From positions 118,360,001-118,424,000 of the forward strand of contig NW_024704742.1 in the NCBI RefSeq assembly GCF_018977255.1: a stretch of 64,000 nucleotides of DNA, given 5' to 3'. This document shows, one piece after another, positions 1 through 12,134 of this stretch (its first letter is position 1; each line of letters begins with the position of its first letter). The stretch comes from Callorhinchus milii. Taxonomy: Eukaryota. The notes under the pieces were generated by a model. The model searched no databases. It saw only the letters and a program-made list of their open reading frames with translations, and was not told the DNA's origin. A program made the translations under genes and the position numbers.

Positions 1-69
1 AACCTTTAAAGAACTGATGTGTGGTCTGAAAACAAGTGCATTACTGGTTCCTGTTTCCATTACATTGTT

Positions 70-347
70 AAGTGCACTTAATATACTGAATATAGAATAT
101 ACTGTAAAGTGAATTGACTGTATATTTGTGGGCGAACGCGGCAGCCAATTGCGCACAGCAATGTCCCACAAACAGTTGTGGATTGAAAATGACCAATTTA
201 TTATTGTTTTGTTTTTTGGAGGGATTATTATTAGGCTCTGTGTGGAGTAAGGAAACTTGCCCAAGGTTTCGCCCTGACCTGCCTGGAATTGAACTCAGGT
301 CTCTCACTTGCAACGCGAGAGCTCTAACCACTGAGCTACAGGACTCC
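70..347 (-). mobile_element. tRNA-Ala-derived SINE (same family, 3' tail missing)
   Basis: Reverse complement of the 39409 copy. Confidence 0.92.
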
Positions 348-639
348 ATTAAGGGCGGTCACTTGAAAATTGGGATGAACAGTGAGTTTCCCTTTGTACT
401 GAGGTTTTCACAAGGTGAGGTTCAAATGTGGCTTATAAAAGCGCAAGTGATGGAAAATACTGATTAACTTATAAAATCAGGAGTCTGCACTTGATGTGGC
501 CTGAGGTTCCACACAGTGAAAGAGCAGCTTGAAAATACTGTGCACAAGTTCACTGATCTCAGCCCTGGCTGCAGTAATGGCACCCCAATTGATAGCAACA
601 ATATCAACAACAAGTCTACATTTATATGGTACCTTTCAT

Positions 640-1222
640 TAGAACATAAGAATTAGGAGCAGGAGTAGGCCATTCGGCCCCTCGAGTCTGCCCGCCATTC
701 AATAAGATCATGGCTGATCTTCAGACCTAACTCTAATTACCTGCCCTGTCCCCATATCCCTTAATGCCTCTGTTTTTTAAAAATCTGTCTGTCTCAGCCT
801 TGAAGATGTTCAAGGACTGAGCATCTACAGCCTTCTGGGGTAGTGAATTCCATAAATTGACTACCCTCTGAGTGAAGAAATGTTTCCTCAACTCTGTTCT
901 AAAAGGCTGACCCTTAATTTTAAGACTGTGACCCCTGGTTATAGATTCTCCTACCAGGGGAAACAGACCCTCAGTGTCTACTGTATCCAGTGCTTTAAGA
1001 ATCTTATATGTTTCAATAAGATCCCCCCTAATTCTTCTATACTCTAGAGAATACAGCCCTAGTTTATTCAGCTTATCCTCATAAGTCAGTCCCCTCATCC
1101 CAGGAACTAACGGAGTGAATCTACTCTGCACCCGCTCTAGGTCTAGTATGTCCTTTTTTAAATAAGGAGACCAAAACTGCACACAATACTCTAGGTGCGG
1201 TCTCACCAAGGCCCTATAGAGT
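640..1222 (-). mobile_element. CR1-type LINE, 5'-truncated 3' end
   Basis: ORF 733-1209 VRPHLEYCVQFWSPYLKKDI...FFTQRVVNLWNSLP is the CR1 ORF2 C-terminus; 3' UTR GGCCGAATGGCCTACTCCTGCTCCTAATTCTTATGTTC. Confidence 0.95.
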
Positions 1223-2329
1223 TCATGTCGGTCATGTTACTTCCAAGAGTTTCAAAGATGGGGGTGGGGCTGAGGTGCGTGGTGATGGTGGGGGAGAAGA
1301 TGGTTAAAATTGCGGTCAAGCAGATTCAACAATAATAGCAACAAGATTAAATTAGATTTGTAAGAGCCTTTCACGTCGGAAGGACGGATGAAAAAAAAAT
1401 GGGTCATTCACTTCCTCGCTGTTTGTGGGACATTGCTGTTCGCAAATTGCTGTGGAAAAAATGCACAGTCATTATACTTTATAGTATGTATCCCGTGGAG
1501 CACTTTCCCATGTGAAATGCACTAGGATTATTAGGATTATTTAGGATTATTATTTTTATTATTTAAATTTGCTCAAGTCAGTTAATTGTAGGGCAGGTTT
1601 TTATAACCAAAATCCCAGGAGAGAGTAAAATTATTTTAAAGTACCTTCAGGGGAGAAGGATGAAGGAAAGAAAACTGGCCAGGGGAAAAAAGAGAAATTC
1701 TAGCGGAATTATTAAAGCAGTATTTTGGAATGACTCTGTTAATGAAGATCCTGTGCTTTTCATTTTTTTTCTCTGTTGAGGATCTTGCCAGAAATTAATG
1801 GCTTTCTCAGAATACTTTAGTTTTTTTCCCAAATATCTGCAATTTCAATTTGGTGGGAGACGGTGGAAATACACTCCTCAAAAATGTTCCTCAAAATTCT
1901 GAGATCAGTTTTTCTAAGTAACAACATGATGCCCGTTGAAGTACATTGTATTCAAGCCTCATGATGACTCCTATCCCATTATATTTCAGTTTTTCCAACA
2001 AACATAGGAAACAATCATCAGATTATGTTACTATGGTTATTGTGACACAGTATCTAGCTCTGTCTTGTATTCAGTCTCGTGGCCGCTGCATATGGAAAAT
2101 GATTGCTAAGTTGACCTTGGTAAGGTTTTGTGCAGGAATCTGGAAATCCATTTCTTTCTGGTGATGAGAATGGCAGACTGGCAATTATTCAGCTGAATCT
2201 CTCACTTGGGTTTTCTTGGTAATGTGTGGGGGAGGTTTCTGGACTCCAGCAGGTCAGCTGAAGGAGGGACGAGGACTGATCGCATGGCTGAAGTATGCCA
2301 TTAAGCAGGGTGAACAGTAGGGAAGCATT

Positions 2330-2785
2330 TACAGAGTTTCACAAGGCTGATCCTAGGGAATGAGAGGTTAGAGTTAAGTGGATCAGTGAAAGCCAGGGGA
2401 GGGGCAGGAAATCTAACAAAGTCTTTCAAAATTATGAATGGATTTGATCAGCTTAATAGCGACTGTTTTCAGTGAGAGGCAAGTCAGTAAAAAGAGGACA
2501 TGAATTCAAGATTATCACCAGAAGAAATAACAATGGGAGTTTGGAAGACACAGAGTTTGACACAGATGGTTGTTAGAATGTGGAAATCCCTACCACAAAT
2601 GAATGTCAAAGTCGTTTCTCTCCATAACAGTATATCTAAGGGAACTGGGAAAATAGTATGAGGGAATTCGACGGGTAGCGGCCTTAGGGCACCAGCAAAC
2701 ACACAATTGGACCAAAAACAACAGTATTTATAATACTGTGTCGGGAGGACACCAAAGGCTTCTTTCTGTGCTGGAAACCTTCTAA
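2330..2785 (+). mobile_element. Old CR1 3' fragment
   Basis: Degenerate TTCACAAGGCTGATCCTAGGGAATGAGAGG...ACACAGATGGTTGTTAGAATGTGGAA...TTTCTGTGCTG. Confidence 0.7.
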
Positions 2786-3837
2786 ATATGCTGCCCTCCT
2801 AACTGATAATTAAAAATAATAATAAATAATCCTTATATTTGATGTATCAACTTTCACAGCAGGAAGACATCTCAAAGGTTTCACGTGATACAATGCAAAG
2901 AGGAGTGACCATGTATTTTGTGGGCAAATATGGCAGCCAATTTGCACACTGCAATGTCTGACAAACAGCCATAAAGTGAGAATGATAATGTATGTGAGAA
3001 ATTTAGCCAATAGAAATACACAAAACACTGCAGATGCTGCTCATCTGAAACTGAAATAAGCATTGAAAATCCACAGGACTTTAACTATCTTTATTTATCT
3101 CTAATTATCTTCAGCATCAGAAAGATAATTTTTTTTTGACGATTTCAGCAGAACTTTTCATCAGAAATGCATGCAATTACAGCACAGGAGGAAGCCATTC
3201 AGCCTATCGATCCTCTATTAATAATAATAAATAATAATCCTTGCATTTGATATAGCGCTTTTTACGTCTTCTAGAATATACTATAAAGTGAATTGACTGT
3301 ATATTTGTGGGCGAAACGCGGCAGCCAATTGCACGCACAGCAGTCTATTCCCAATTGCGTTGCATTGTCCCCATACCCTTGTAATATTATCTCTCTTCAA
3401 GTATCTATTCTTTTAAATAGATGAAGGCAGAGAATAAAGAAATAATTTTAAAAAAAGTAGTTTGCTCTCTATACCAAATACGCGAGGATGGTTTAAGCCT
3501 ACCAATTAAACACCCAGTGGAATTATTTTATAATTCTTATGTTGTTGGGGTTGTTCTTTATTATGTGTCTGCTTATTTTTCAGCCCCTGGAAATTAATCA
3601 AACAAATGTTCACAGATACACATGATGCTTTAGACCAGTAGGCAAACTACTGCTGCACAAAGGAAGTGCTGCTGGAGAAATTGTTGTCCTACAGCTGTTT
3701 ACAGTTAGTGAAAGCATAGCGTATGCTCAGCCTCCTGAATATGCATTAATTGGAGAGACAGAAGGGAGAAGAAAGCAGAGGCAGCACATTATAAATGAAT
3801 ATACACAAGAATCATATCACAGAATCATAAAACAGTA

Positions 3838-4157
3838 CCCATTGCCTTCGTTCCTCCGGGTCTGGCCTCCTCCTCGTCCCGAGTCCTCCACTTCACCCTC
3901 GGTGGCCGTCCCTTCAGCCACTGTGCCCCGAGGCTCTGGAACTGCCTTCCTCACTCCTTTCGCCTCGCTCCCTCCCTTCCTATTTTCAGGTCTCTGCTGA
4001 AGACCTTTCTTTCTTTTCGACGCACCTTTGGTCACCTTCCTCCCCCCCCCCCCGGCCCGGCTCGGCCCCATGGATCCGTAACTGTGAAGCGCTCTGAGAC
4101 GCCATCCAGCATGGAGGGCGCTATATGAATCCAAGTTGTTGTTGTTGTTGTTGTTGT
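3838..4157 (+). mobile_element. L2 3' end of a second subfamily
   Basis: GGCCGTCCCTTCAGCCACTGTGCCCCGAGGCTCTGGAAC...GAAGCGCTCTGAGACGCCATCCAGCATGGAGGGCGCTATATGAATCCAA(GTT)n. Confidence 0.85.
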
Positions 4158-4399
4158 ACTGGGCACAAAGAGTAATCCCATTTCCTTTGTTTACTTTGAG
4201 GCCAGTTTGATAGTGTCTATCTGCTGCACCACAAGACTCATCCCTAGACAGGTCTGTCAGGGGCACAAACAGGACTTTCTGAATGGGAGAGGACAGGAGA
4301 AAAAGTTGCTTAAGATTGCCCGATAAGGCCACTATTACATAAAAGATCAGTCCTGTGATTCTCTGGTCTCAGCTTTAAGACCATTGTCTTAAATTTAAA

Positions 4400-4600
4400 A
4401 TCATAGAATTATAGAATCTTACAACACAGAAGAAGGGCATTCAACCCATCGTGCCTGTGCAGGCTCTTTGAAAAAGCTACCAATATGTCCCACTCTTACC
4501 CCATAGCCTGCAAATTTTCCCTTTTCAAGTACCCATCCAATTACCTTTTGAAAGCTTCGATCGAATTTGCTTCCACCACCTTTTCATTCCTGAATCATAG
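4400..4600 (-). mobile_element. CR1 3' tail fragment
   Basis: Reads (ATCATAGA)n...GTGCCTGTGCAGGCTCTTTG...TTGCTTCCACCACC on the + strand, the reverse complement of a CR1 3' UTR. Confidence 0.7.
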
Positions 4601-6956
4601 AGAATTTTGGTAGATTCCTAAATTAACTCTTAATTTTTCTGACCACAATTTTTCCAGTTTCCCAGAAAACCCAATTTTCTGACCACATTTCTTAAAGGAC
4701 TGAATTTCAAGACTGTACTGAAATTTGGTGCTTTTTTGCAAGTTTGAAACAAAGGTTACAAGAATTTTTAGACCTGAGATATCAGGGATACTGAATACAC
4801 TGCACTTCACATCACCCACTCTGTGTGCTCCTAGGGTATATTCCCAGTGAGATCTACCCCATTCCATGCAGGCTTTCCAGGTTACTGTTTTGGGTTTAGT
4901 TTCTGTAGACCACAAAAAAAATTAAAATACACCTGACGTCATTCTCATCTTTGACAGTGCTTTTCAACAATCAAAAACAGAAAGATAGCTTGTTTTTTTG
5001 CCTTTAAGCACCCAAATTGATTAAATTAAGTGTCAGCTTACCTCAGTTGTCAGCACTTCTGTCTCTGTGACAGTACTAGGGGAGCTCCTCATTGAGATGC
5101 CATCCTTTAATTGAGATGCTAAACCAAGGTTTTGTCTGCCTGAACTTTGAAGTTGTTAAAGTTCACATGGCAATATTTGAAAAGAGAGGAGTTTCTCCTG
5201 GTGTTCCGGCCAATAAAATCTAGATTAATTCATCATTCATTCATGGCTCTTGGCAGAACCTTGCTGTGTGGTTGCCAAGTTTGTCTATACATGTATTTGA
5301 CAACATTTAGCCATAAAGTGCTGTTGAGTATTATAGGTGCTACATCAAATGCAAAGATTATAATTGATAGCGGGTGAAGAATTGGAAAACCTCAAATTGA
5401 GGAAGGATAGTCAGCATGGATTCATAAAGGAGAGGGAGCTTATTATCAGCCAAGAATTTGCAACAGACATTTCTGAATGTTTTGAATCATTTTATTAAAA
5501 TCAGAAATTGAAGATTAATTTTGGAGTTCAGTACGTGAATACAGTGTTGATTTTTAAAAAAATATAAAATCCCCTGAGCAAAGGGATGAGAAGCAGGAGC
5601 TACGAACATGAGTTCCCATTTCATTCAGTGCTCTGCTGGAAGTGAAGTACAAGGCATTAGATAACTGGAGCAAGAGAATACAGTTGAAAGTATCAAGATT
5701 CTTATACTTACTTACAAATGAGTTCACGCCCAAGCACCTCCCTACCTCTCCTACCTGCTTACACCCCACTCCCTGAATTCTGCCTCAGTTCCTCCCCCAA
5801 CCCCTTCCTTGCTTGAATTCAGATTGCATCTGAAGACCTTCCTCTTTGACCATGCCTACAGTCACCATCCCTCTCTTCCTGGCTCAGCATCTAGCTCCAC
5901 TATTGCTAAGTGCTCCGAGACTCTACATCATGGGAAGGGAGCTATATAAATGTAAGTTGTAGTTGTTGTCGTAATGTAAAATAATAAGGATTGGAGCAAG
6001 GAATGAAAAATAGAAGAGATGCATCAGGAAAGATAGGTAGAGGTTATTGTGGATAAACTGTCAGGTTAGATCTTGGGTGCAGTTAAAAAAAGCTATGCGA
6101 GGTATTGGATTATGTTAGCAGATGGGCAGACCACAAATCAAAGGAAGTTAAAATGTTGCTGTATTTAGCGTTGGTCCAATTTTATCTCGAGTACAATATA
6201 TGTTGTTCCTGTCACCTAATTTTAGGAAGAATAATATTGCCTTTAGATCGTTTACCTCTGGGTCAGAAGGTTGTAGATTCAATGTTCACATTGGGACTTG
6301 ATCTCATAGTTTAAATTGACAATTTGTTTTGGTCAGCCAGGTGTTTGATGCATATGGAAACCCATCTCCATGCTTGAGAGTATCCAAACAAAACAGAGTT
6401 CCACATATCCATGTCACCCACACACAAAAATGTTTGTCTTTCTGGAATGGTGCGCACACTCTTCCCCCAGAGAGACTCACCCTGCTTACCAAATTTTGGG
6501 AAATATTAGATGCACATTGGTAAGAGCCAAAGCTTTGTGCTCCCAGAGTATGTGTTGTGTGAAACGCAGTTTCACTAGCTCAAACTGTGCAGCTTGGTTG
6601 TAAACACCATTTGTCAAGCTTCCTACTCCTTGTCTTCCAAGGACAACAGTAATCCTACCCACTAGGGTGTTGGCTTGCAGAATTAACAGAAACTGGCCTC
6701 AGTGACTTGTTTACTGGTCTGATTCCTTCCACTGAGCCAGTTTGGCTGGTCAATGGACCTCTTGGTTTCCAAGCCAAGCAAACGCAGGATTTTATCTAAC
6801 TCTGTCATTCTGAGGTTACTATACAACACATTTCCCATCATGTACAGAAGCCACTAATGCCTATCTACCATTGCTATTTCACTTTAGCAAAATCTACCAC
6901 ACTCACTAGGTGTATTTTTGAGGCTGGCTGTAGTTTCTTTTGAAAAAAAAACTTTC

Positions 6957-7028
6957 TTTATTGAGAGATCTAGCTGAAGGGCAAGACAGCACAGTGTAGG
7001 GTCACAGAGCACACAGGAAATGTTTATT
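6957..7028 (-). terminator. Candidate ARSB polyadenylation signals (two AATAAA)
   Basis: TTTATT at 7023-7028 and 6957-6962, about 400-480 nt after the ARSB stop codon. Confidence 0.4.
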
Positions 7029-7129
7029 CAGGACAGTGTCCGACTCCACAAAGACTACAGCCACCAGTACTGTTCAGACTAAAATCACAGAGGACATTAG
7101 GCTTCTGCTTTCCTGTACATGATGGGAAA

Positions 7130-7345
7130 TGAAGAGGAGGTTCCAATTTGCTCTCATCATTCCAGAATAGAACAAACAACAATAAATTGCATTTATAAAG
7201 GATTGGATCCAGGAGACTGCAGTTCCATAAAGGTGGATGAGGGAGGAGAGGTAATTGAGAAGGATGGAGTGGTAAATTATGTCAAAAGCAGGAGAGAGGT
7301 CATGGAGGACAAGACAGAGGGCATCATCCATGTAAGATCTGTTCC
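7130..7345 (-). mobile_element. Old L2 RT fragment just downstream of the ARSB stop codon (probable 3' UTR)
   Basis: CLVLHDLSPAFDIIYHSILL...GTAVSWIQSF is a degenerate L2 RT motif ([12 protein letters not shown]). Confidence 0.75.
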
Positions 7346-7432
7346 TTTGCAAAGACCTGGTTACCTGTTATTGAACTCCAAGTAAAACAGATCTCAATAG
7401 TTGTAAAACACTCCTCACTCAAGTCCTGCGTT

Positions 7433-7698
7433 CTAGACCCAAGGCTCCCAGACTCCAGTCTTGCTCGGATCACACTTGGGATCAGAGGCCGGGTAGTAAA
7501 TGGGCACAGCACCATCCTGATAGTGCTGGAGCCTGAGCAGCAGCTTCTCGACGACTTTGGGGAATCTCTCAGACAGTTCAAGTCTCTCCTGAGGATCAAA
7601 TTCGATGTTGAAAAGCTGGACTTTTTTCTTCGGGGAGTCGGGTAATGGTACGTCTGCTTGACTCAACTGTGATGGTGGCGGAAACCAGTAACTGCACC
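7433..7698 (-). CDS. ARSB: ARSB exon 8, coding part (last exon)
   Basis: (G)CSYWFPPPSQ...QLFNIEFDPQERLELS...PIYYPASDPKCDPSKTGVWEPWV-stop (TAG); acceptor GCAG; 266 nt. Confidence 0.96.
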
Positions 7699-8678
7699 CT
7701 GCAGTGAACAGTACACTTCCTATTAGTAAGGGCTTAAGCTTTCACTGAGGTCAGACAATCCACTAATAATTTGACGCAGTGTGAACTTTAATCCAAACCA
7801 CCCGGGCCATATGCTACACAAACAGGCACAGCTGCTGAGGAAAAACACATTACCCAGAGCCTAAGGCTTGCACAAGTTAATGTGTTACAAATATACTGAA
7901 CACAGAGCATCCACTATAATTAACTACAGATTCCCTTCACACCACCACCTCCCCCACCCCATAGCCTTGAGGTAATGATGTTAATATCATTAATTCTCTT
8001 GTATAAATACTTTCCTGTAATAAGGGCATGAAGTCACCGTGATGCCGAGAGCAAGAAAAAAAGGAGCCAAAACAGATTAACGTAACCCTTTGACTCCTGG
8101 ATGGTTGCTCTGGTGATCAATAACATGTGCAATGGCTGAAACAAGTAATTGACAAAGCTGTTCAATGTGATCAGTAACCTCACCACTGTGATATTGCCTC
8201 AAACAGCAAAACTAAGCACCAGGGGTAAAATTGCAAATTTATCCCATTACCCCACAAACAAAAGGTCCCATTAACTCCCCAGAGAAGGGGAGCAGTGTCA
8301 TTGACAAACTAGATGTTGCAGTGAGACAAGCAGCACAATATACCTCATTGTTAAGTGAATATTGGTCAACAGCTTATGAGAGAATGGTTTTGTTGAAGTC
8401 CAGTTAATTTAGTAACTTAAGATCAGGAAGCTGCCATTAGACAGGACATGCCCAACCCATCTTGGTCAATTGCCTATGTTACCTGCCTACCTTCTCACCA
8501 CTACCCTGAATACCTTCGGAGTTCATTCTCCAGGGGAGCAGTGCTAAGTGGTCTGCCTCTAACACTACCATCAAAAGGTAGAATTGCCATCAATACCAGT
8601 TCTGCAAGGTAAATGTGATCTTACTCCGTATTATAGGGCTTCGCCGTATTGACTTAATGTGTTACATGTCATATGTTT

Positions 8679-8714
8679 TGTGTGTGTGTATATATATATA
8701 CACACACACACACA
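8679..8714. repeat. (TG)n(TA)n(CA)n palindromic microsatellite
   Basis: TGTGTGTGTGTATATATATATACACACACACACACA. Confidence 0.9.
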
Positions 8715-9117
8715 AATACACTTATCAAAACTCGAAGGACTGCTTCTGTCAGCCAATTTTACAGTGATTTGATGCAGAGATTTGGCTTGTGCCTTGAAGT
8801 GACATCCCTGTGAAAGCAGAGCTGATTGATCCCAAGCGACTAAGTTGCAGCAACTGTTCAGAGACCTCTTCAGACGGGCCTTTACTGCTGGATAACCTCC
8901 TGAATACCTTTGGGATTATTTGGTGCAAATGACTTAACCTGGTGCTTGATGCTTTTCTAAACTGAAAATGACAGCTGGAAGTTCCATCATCTGCAAAAGG
9001 TTTCGGTCGACCTCTAACTGTAATTGATCATTAATTAAAAAGAAAGCAGTTGTGTTTGATCATACACGTCCAGTACAAAATGTAAAATTGCAAAGTATAT
9101 TTAAATCTTATCCATAC

Positions 9118-9246
9118 CAGGATCTCCAGTTAATAGTTTCCAGTTCCCATACCGGATTGCTGCATGGATAGACACATTAAAGATGGAATTCTGCCAGGCG
9201 TTTGTGTGAATATTGGATGAAACATTCCCACTCGATTTGACAGGAC
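9118..9246 (-). CDS. ARSB: ARSB exon 7
   Basis: Translated by hand, not in the ORF-track frame: (C)PVKSSGNVSSNIHTNAWQNSIFNVSIHAAIRYGNWKLLTGDP(G); acceptor CCCCAG, donor G|GTATGG; 129 nt. Confidence 0.95.
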
Positions 9247-9908
9247 CTGGGGAAAACAAGGAAAAACAAAACAAAATAAACAGGGGTTCATATACATCGA
9301 GACTGGGGCTAATTTACAGGTTAGCAATTCATGTGCATTTGTGGGCTGGGTTAACTAAGTACAAATGCATGTGTACAGAGGGATTTATAGGTGCTTTAAA
9401 TTATGCATTCAAGAGGAAGCTAAGCATTCAATAGGAATGCTAAACCTTCACATGAGGGAGAGGGGAATAGAAGGATATGGGAGGGAATAAGGATTGGACG
9501 AAGACTCATGTGGACTGTTTGGGCCAAGTCGCCTGTTTCCGTGCTGTACATTCTTCGTAAATTGTGTAATTAAGCAATGAAAAGGATAGCAGATGATTCT
9601 GGAATAAATGAAGGCATCTGGTTACAACTATAGTTTGCTAACCCAACCTATTCATTTTCCAATGGGTTGCTAATCCAACCCACAAACTAGACCCCAGAGT
9701 GGAAGAACATACCTAACAGAAAAGAAATGCATAAACGGTTCAGTTAGTGTCCAGCCAGCAATGAAGCGCTTTGAGGCACCTCCTGACTATATCAACATGT
9801 ATTGTATAGCACTTCATACTGTATTTTGTTTTGTTGTCTCTATTTCAAAGGTAAGACTCAAGATTTCCACTTGACAGAAAAACTTACCTATATCTAAATT
9901 TTCTAAAC

Positions 9909-10113
9909 CTGGATGGTCCAACCTTTTTTGTGTGTGAGGGCTAGATGCCCTATTTGAGAAACATCCACAGGCCACATAAGGAATATTTTTGTGTTTCCCT
10001 TCCAGAAACATAAACATAATATTTATGAGTTATGGAGGGAGCAGGCGGTCCAGATGAAGGGGGGGGGGGGGGGGTAAGAAATCAGCTTGTGGACCACCTG
10101 TTGGACCACCCTG
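9909..10113. mobile_element. hAT (Charlie-like) non-autonomous DNA transposon / MITE
   Basis: 14-bp TIRs CTGGATGGTCCAAC ... GTTGGACCACCCTG (12/14 match); flanks TTCTAAAC and TCTAACCA resemble a decayed NTCTARAN target. Confidence 0.6.
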
Positions 10114-10939
10114 TCTAACCATTCATAATTTTAGACACCTTTATCAAAAGGAGCCTACTTAGTCTTCTCTGTGCAAGATTATAGAAACAAAGGTGGGCAG
10201 CTCCAAGGTGAGTAAAATCAAGTTTAAGGAGGAGACAGTGGATGGAAACAAAGCATGTAAAATGAAAAAAAAGAGACCATTTTAAGGAAAAGGAGGCACA
10301 TCTGTACGGGAAGCCAAGCATAATCCAATTCTGGTCTCAGCTCAATAAGGTTAAGATAGTCTGGAGGTTAAAGTATTTGTCCTGGCTCTGGATTGCAAAC
10401 CAATGTTCAAAGTTGTACTGTACGGTATTATTAAACAAACTGAACGGAATCATAAAAAAAGACTTTTCCTTTATTTTGTTACACACATTTCAGACAACCT
10501 TGTTTTTTTTTCTTTTTGCCAGCAACACTCCCCAAGGTTTTTTTTTAAAAAACTCATCTGTTTAAGACATTAGCTGTTGAAAAGTGCTAGGTCAATAATA
10601 CCTTGGGAAACGGGAAGTAACATTTTGGATTTATTCAGAGAGTGGCTGGGGTAACAATCATCTGGCAGTAAGTGCTTTGGCAGTTTACAAAATAGGAACA
10701 TTATGATTTCAATCACACAGTGCTTTACTAAATGGAAATTCTCCTCATTACTGCTACGAGGATCGACAGCAGAGCATTTCAAACTTTTCTTTCTGGTGTT
10801 TGTCAAAAGGCCATCTCCAGGGAACAAAAATTACTACACTCACTGAACTGCTGAATGCTCAAAGTGACCACACAATCCACATGGTCTCTTCAAATGAAAT
10901 GCACCTCACGTCAGGGTGCTGACCCATGCAAAGTGCAAA

Positions 10940-11210
10940 GTTCTCTCTGGTGGTCTCTTAATTGACCTTAGCTGAGTAGCAGTGAGGCATTACAGTTGCC
11001 TACAATGTCCCTGTGCTAGAGAGGGGAGGAACAAAACTATTTCCGCTTCTGATCTCTATCCAGTTACTCCTGCTGGAAAGTGTACGTATGTGGATCTAGG
11101 TGATGACACAATCTGCTGGAGCTGCGATACCTCTCATGGCCAGATAGCCGATCTAGTGCCAACTGCCTCCGGCAATGTGGGCAAGGTGCCACAGCGTCGG
11201 TCACTGAGTT
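10940..11210 (+). mobile_element. Ancient AmnSINE2-like relic (others at ~550-590 +, 15860-16030 -, 22380-22690 +, 55570-55770 -)
   Basis: CCCTGTGCTAGAGAGGGGA...CTGATCTCTATCCAGTTACTCCTGCTGGAAAGTGTACGTATGTGGA resembles the AmnSINE2 consensus as I recall it; the copies are visibly similar to each other. Confidence 0.6.
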
Positions 11211-12134
11211 CAAGAGAGGAGAACAGGGAGACAACTAAACAAAAATCAAGCAATCATTAAAAAACGTCCCTCTCACCCTACGTTCTTAAATAATGCCTCA
11301 GGAACTGCCAAATCAAAAAGATTCACACAAAAATGGTCGTTTTCATTCTTAATTCTAACAAAGTGAAAAGGTGCAAAGTCAATTTTTCAGTCGCTTTATA
11401 AAACAGAATGTTGGCAGACTGGTTCACATACAAGTTGTTTTTTTGAAATAAAGAAAACTCCCCTTCCCCACGCCATTTTTTCACTTACCAATTTCTGCTG
11501 TTTCTTCCATGTTTGGCTACAAGATCACTTGACAATAATTTAAACATTATGAGATATTTTGGCATGATAACATGATATGGTGCTATAAAAGTGTAAGTTA
11601 TTATTCTTTCTTTCTCTCTCCCTTTTTCACTCTCTTTCTTGAGTTGACTGGCCTCTGCCTTTCTTTCTCTCTCTTGTTGGGCTGGTACCAAAACCAACCA
11701 TAGCTGGTCAAATTGGCTAACGACACAAGAACATGGGAGAGCAGCAGCAAAAGAGAATGCAGCAAACTGTGCAATTCATTTAGATTAGTCATACAATTGG
11801 ATAAACATTTGGCAAATGCAATTTAGTACTGATAAGGATTCTGACACGAAAAAATAATACATGGAAATGAATTATAGCACAGAGACTCAGAAAGGGGTTT
11901 ACGAGTATTGGTAGGCACGTCAGTTTCAATATCAAGACAATCCAAGGAAACAATATAAAATCTAATAGAATGCTAAAACATATACAACACAACAGTAGAT
12001 TATAAGACTACTCAATTTACAATAAGACTTTACACCACACCTGATTCGATCTTAATCACTTTGCTATATAAAAGATATACTTTCATTAGGAAAAGTACTT
12101 ATTTGCTTTCTTTGCAAGGTGCAAAACTTAACAT

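Noticed and set aside
2027..2040. RFX X-box-like GTTACTATGGTTAT (also TTGCCTAGGTAAC near 38769)
   Set aside because: Single imperfect motifs with no supporting context; could arise by chance in 64 kb
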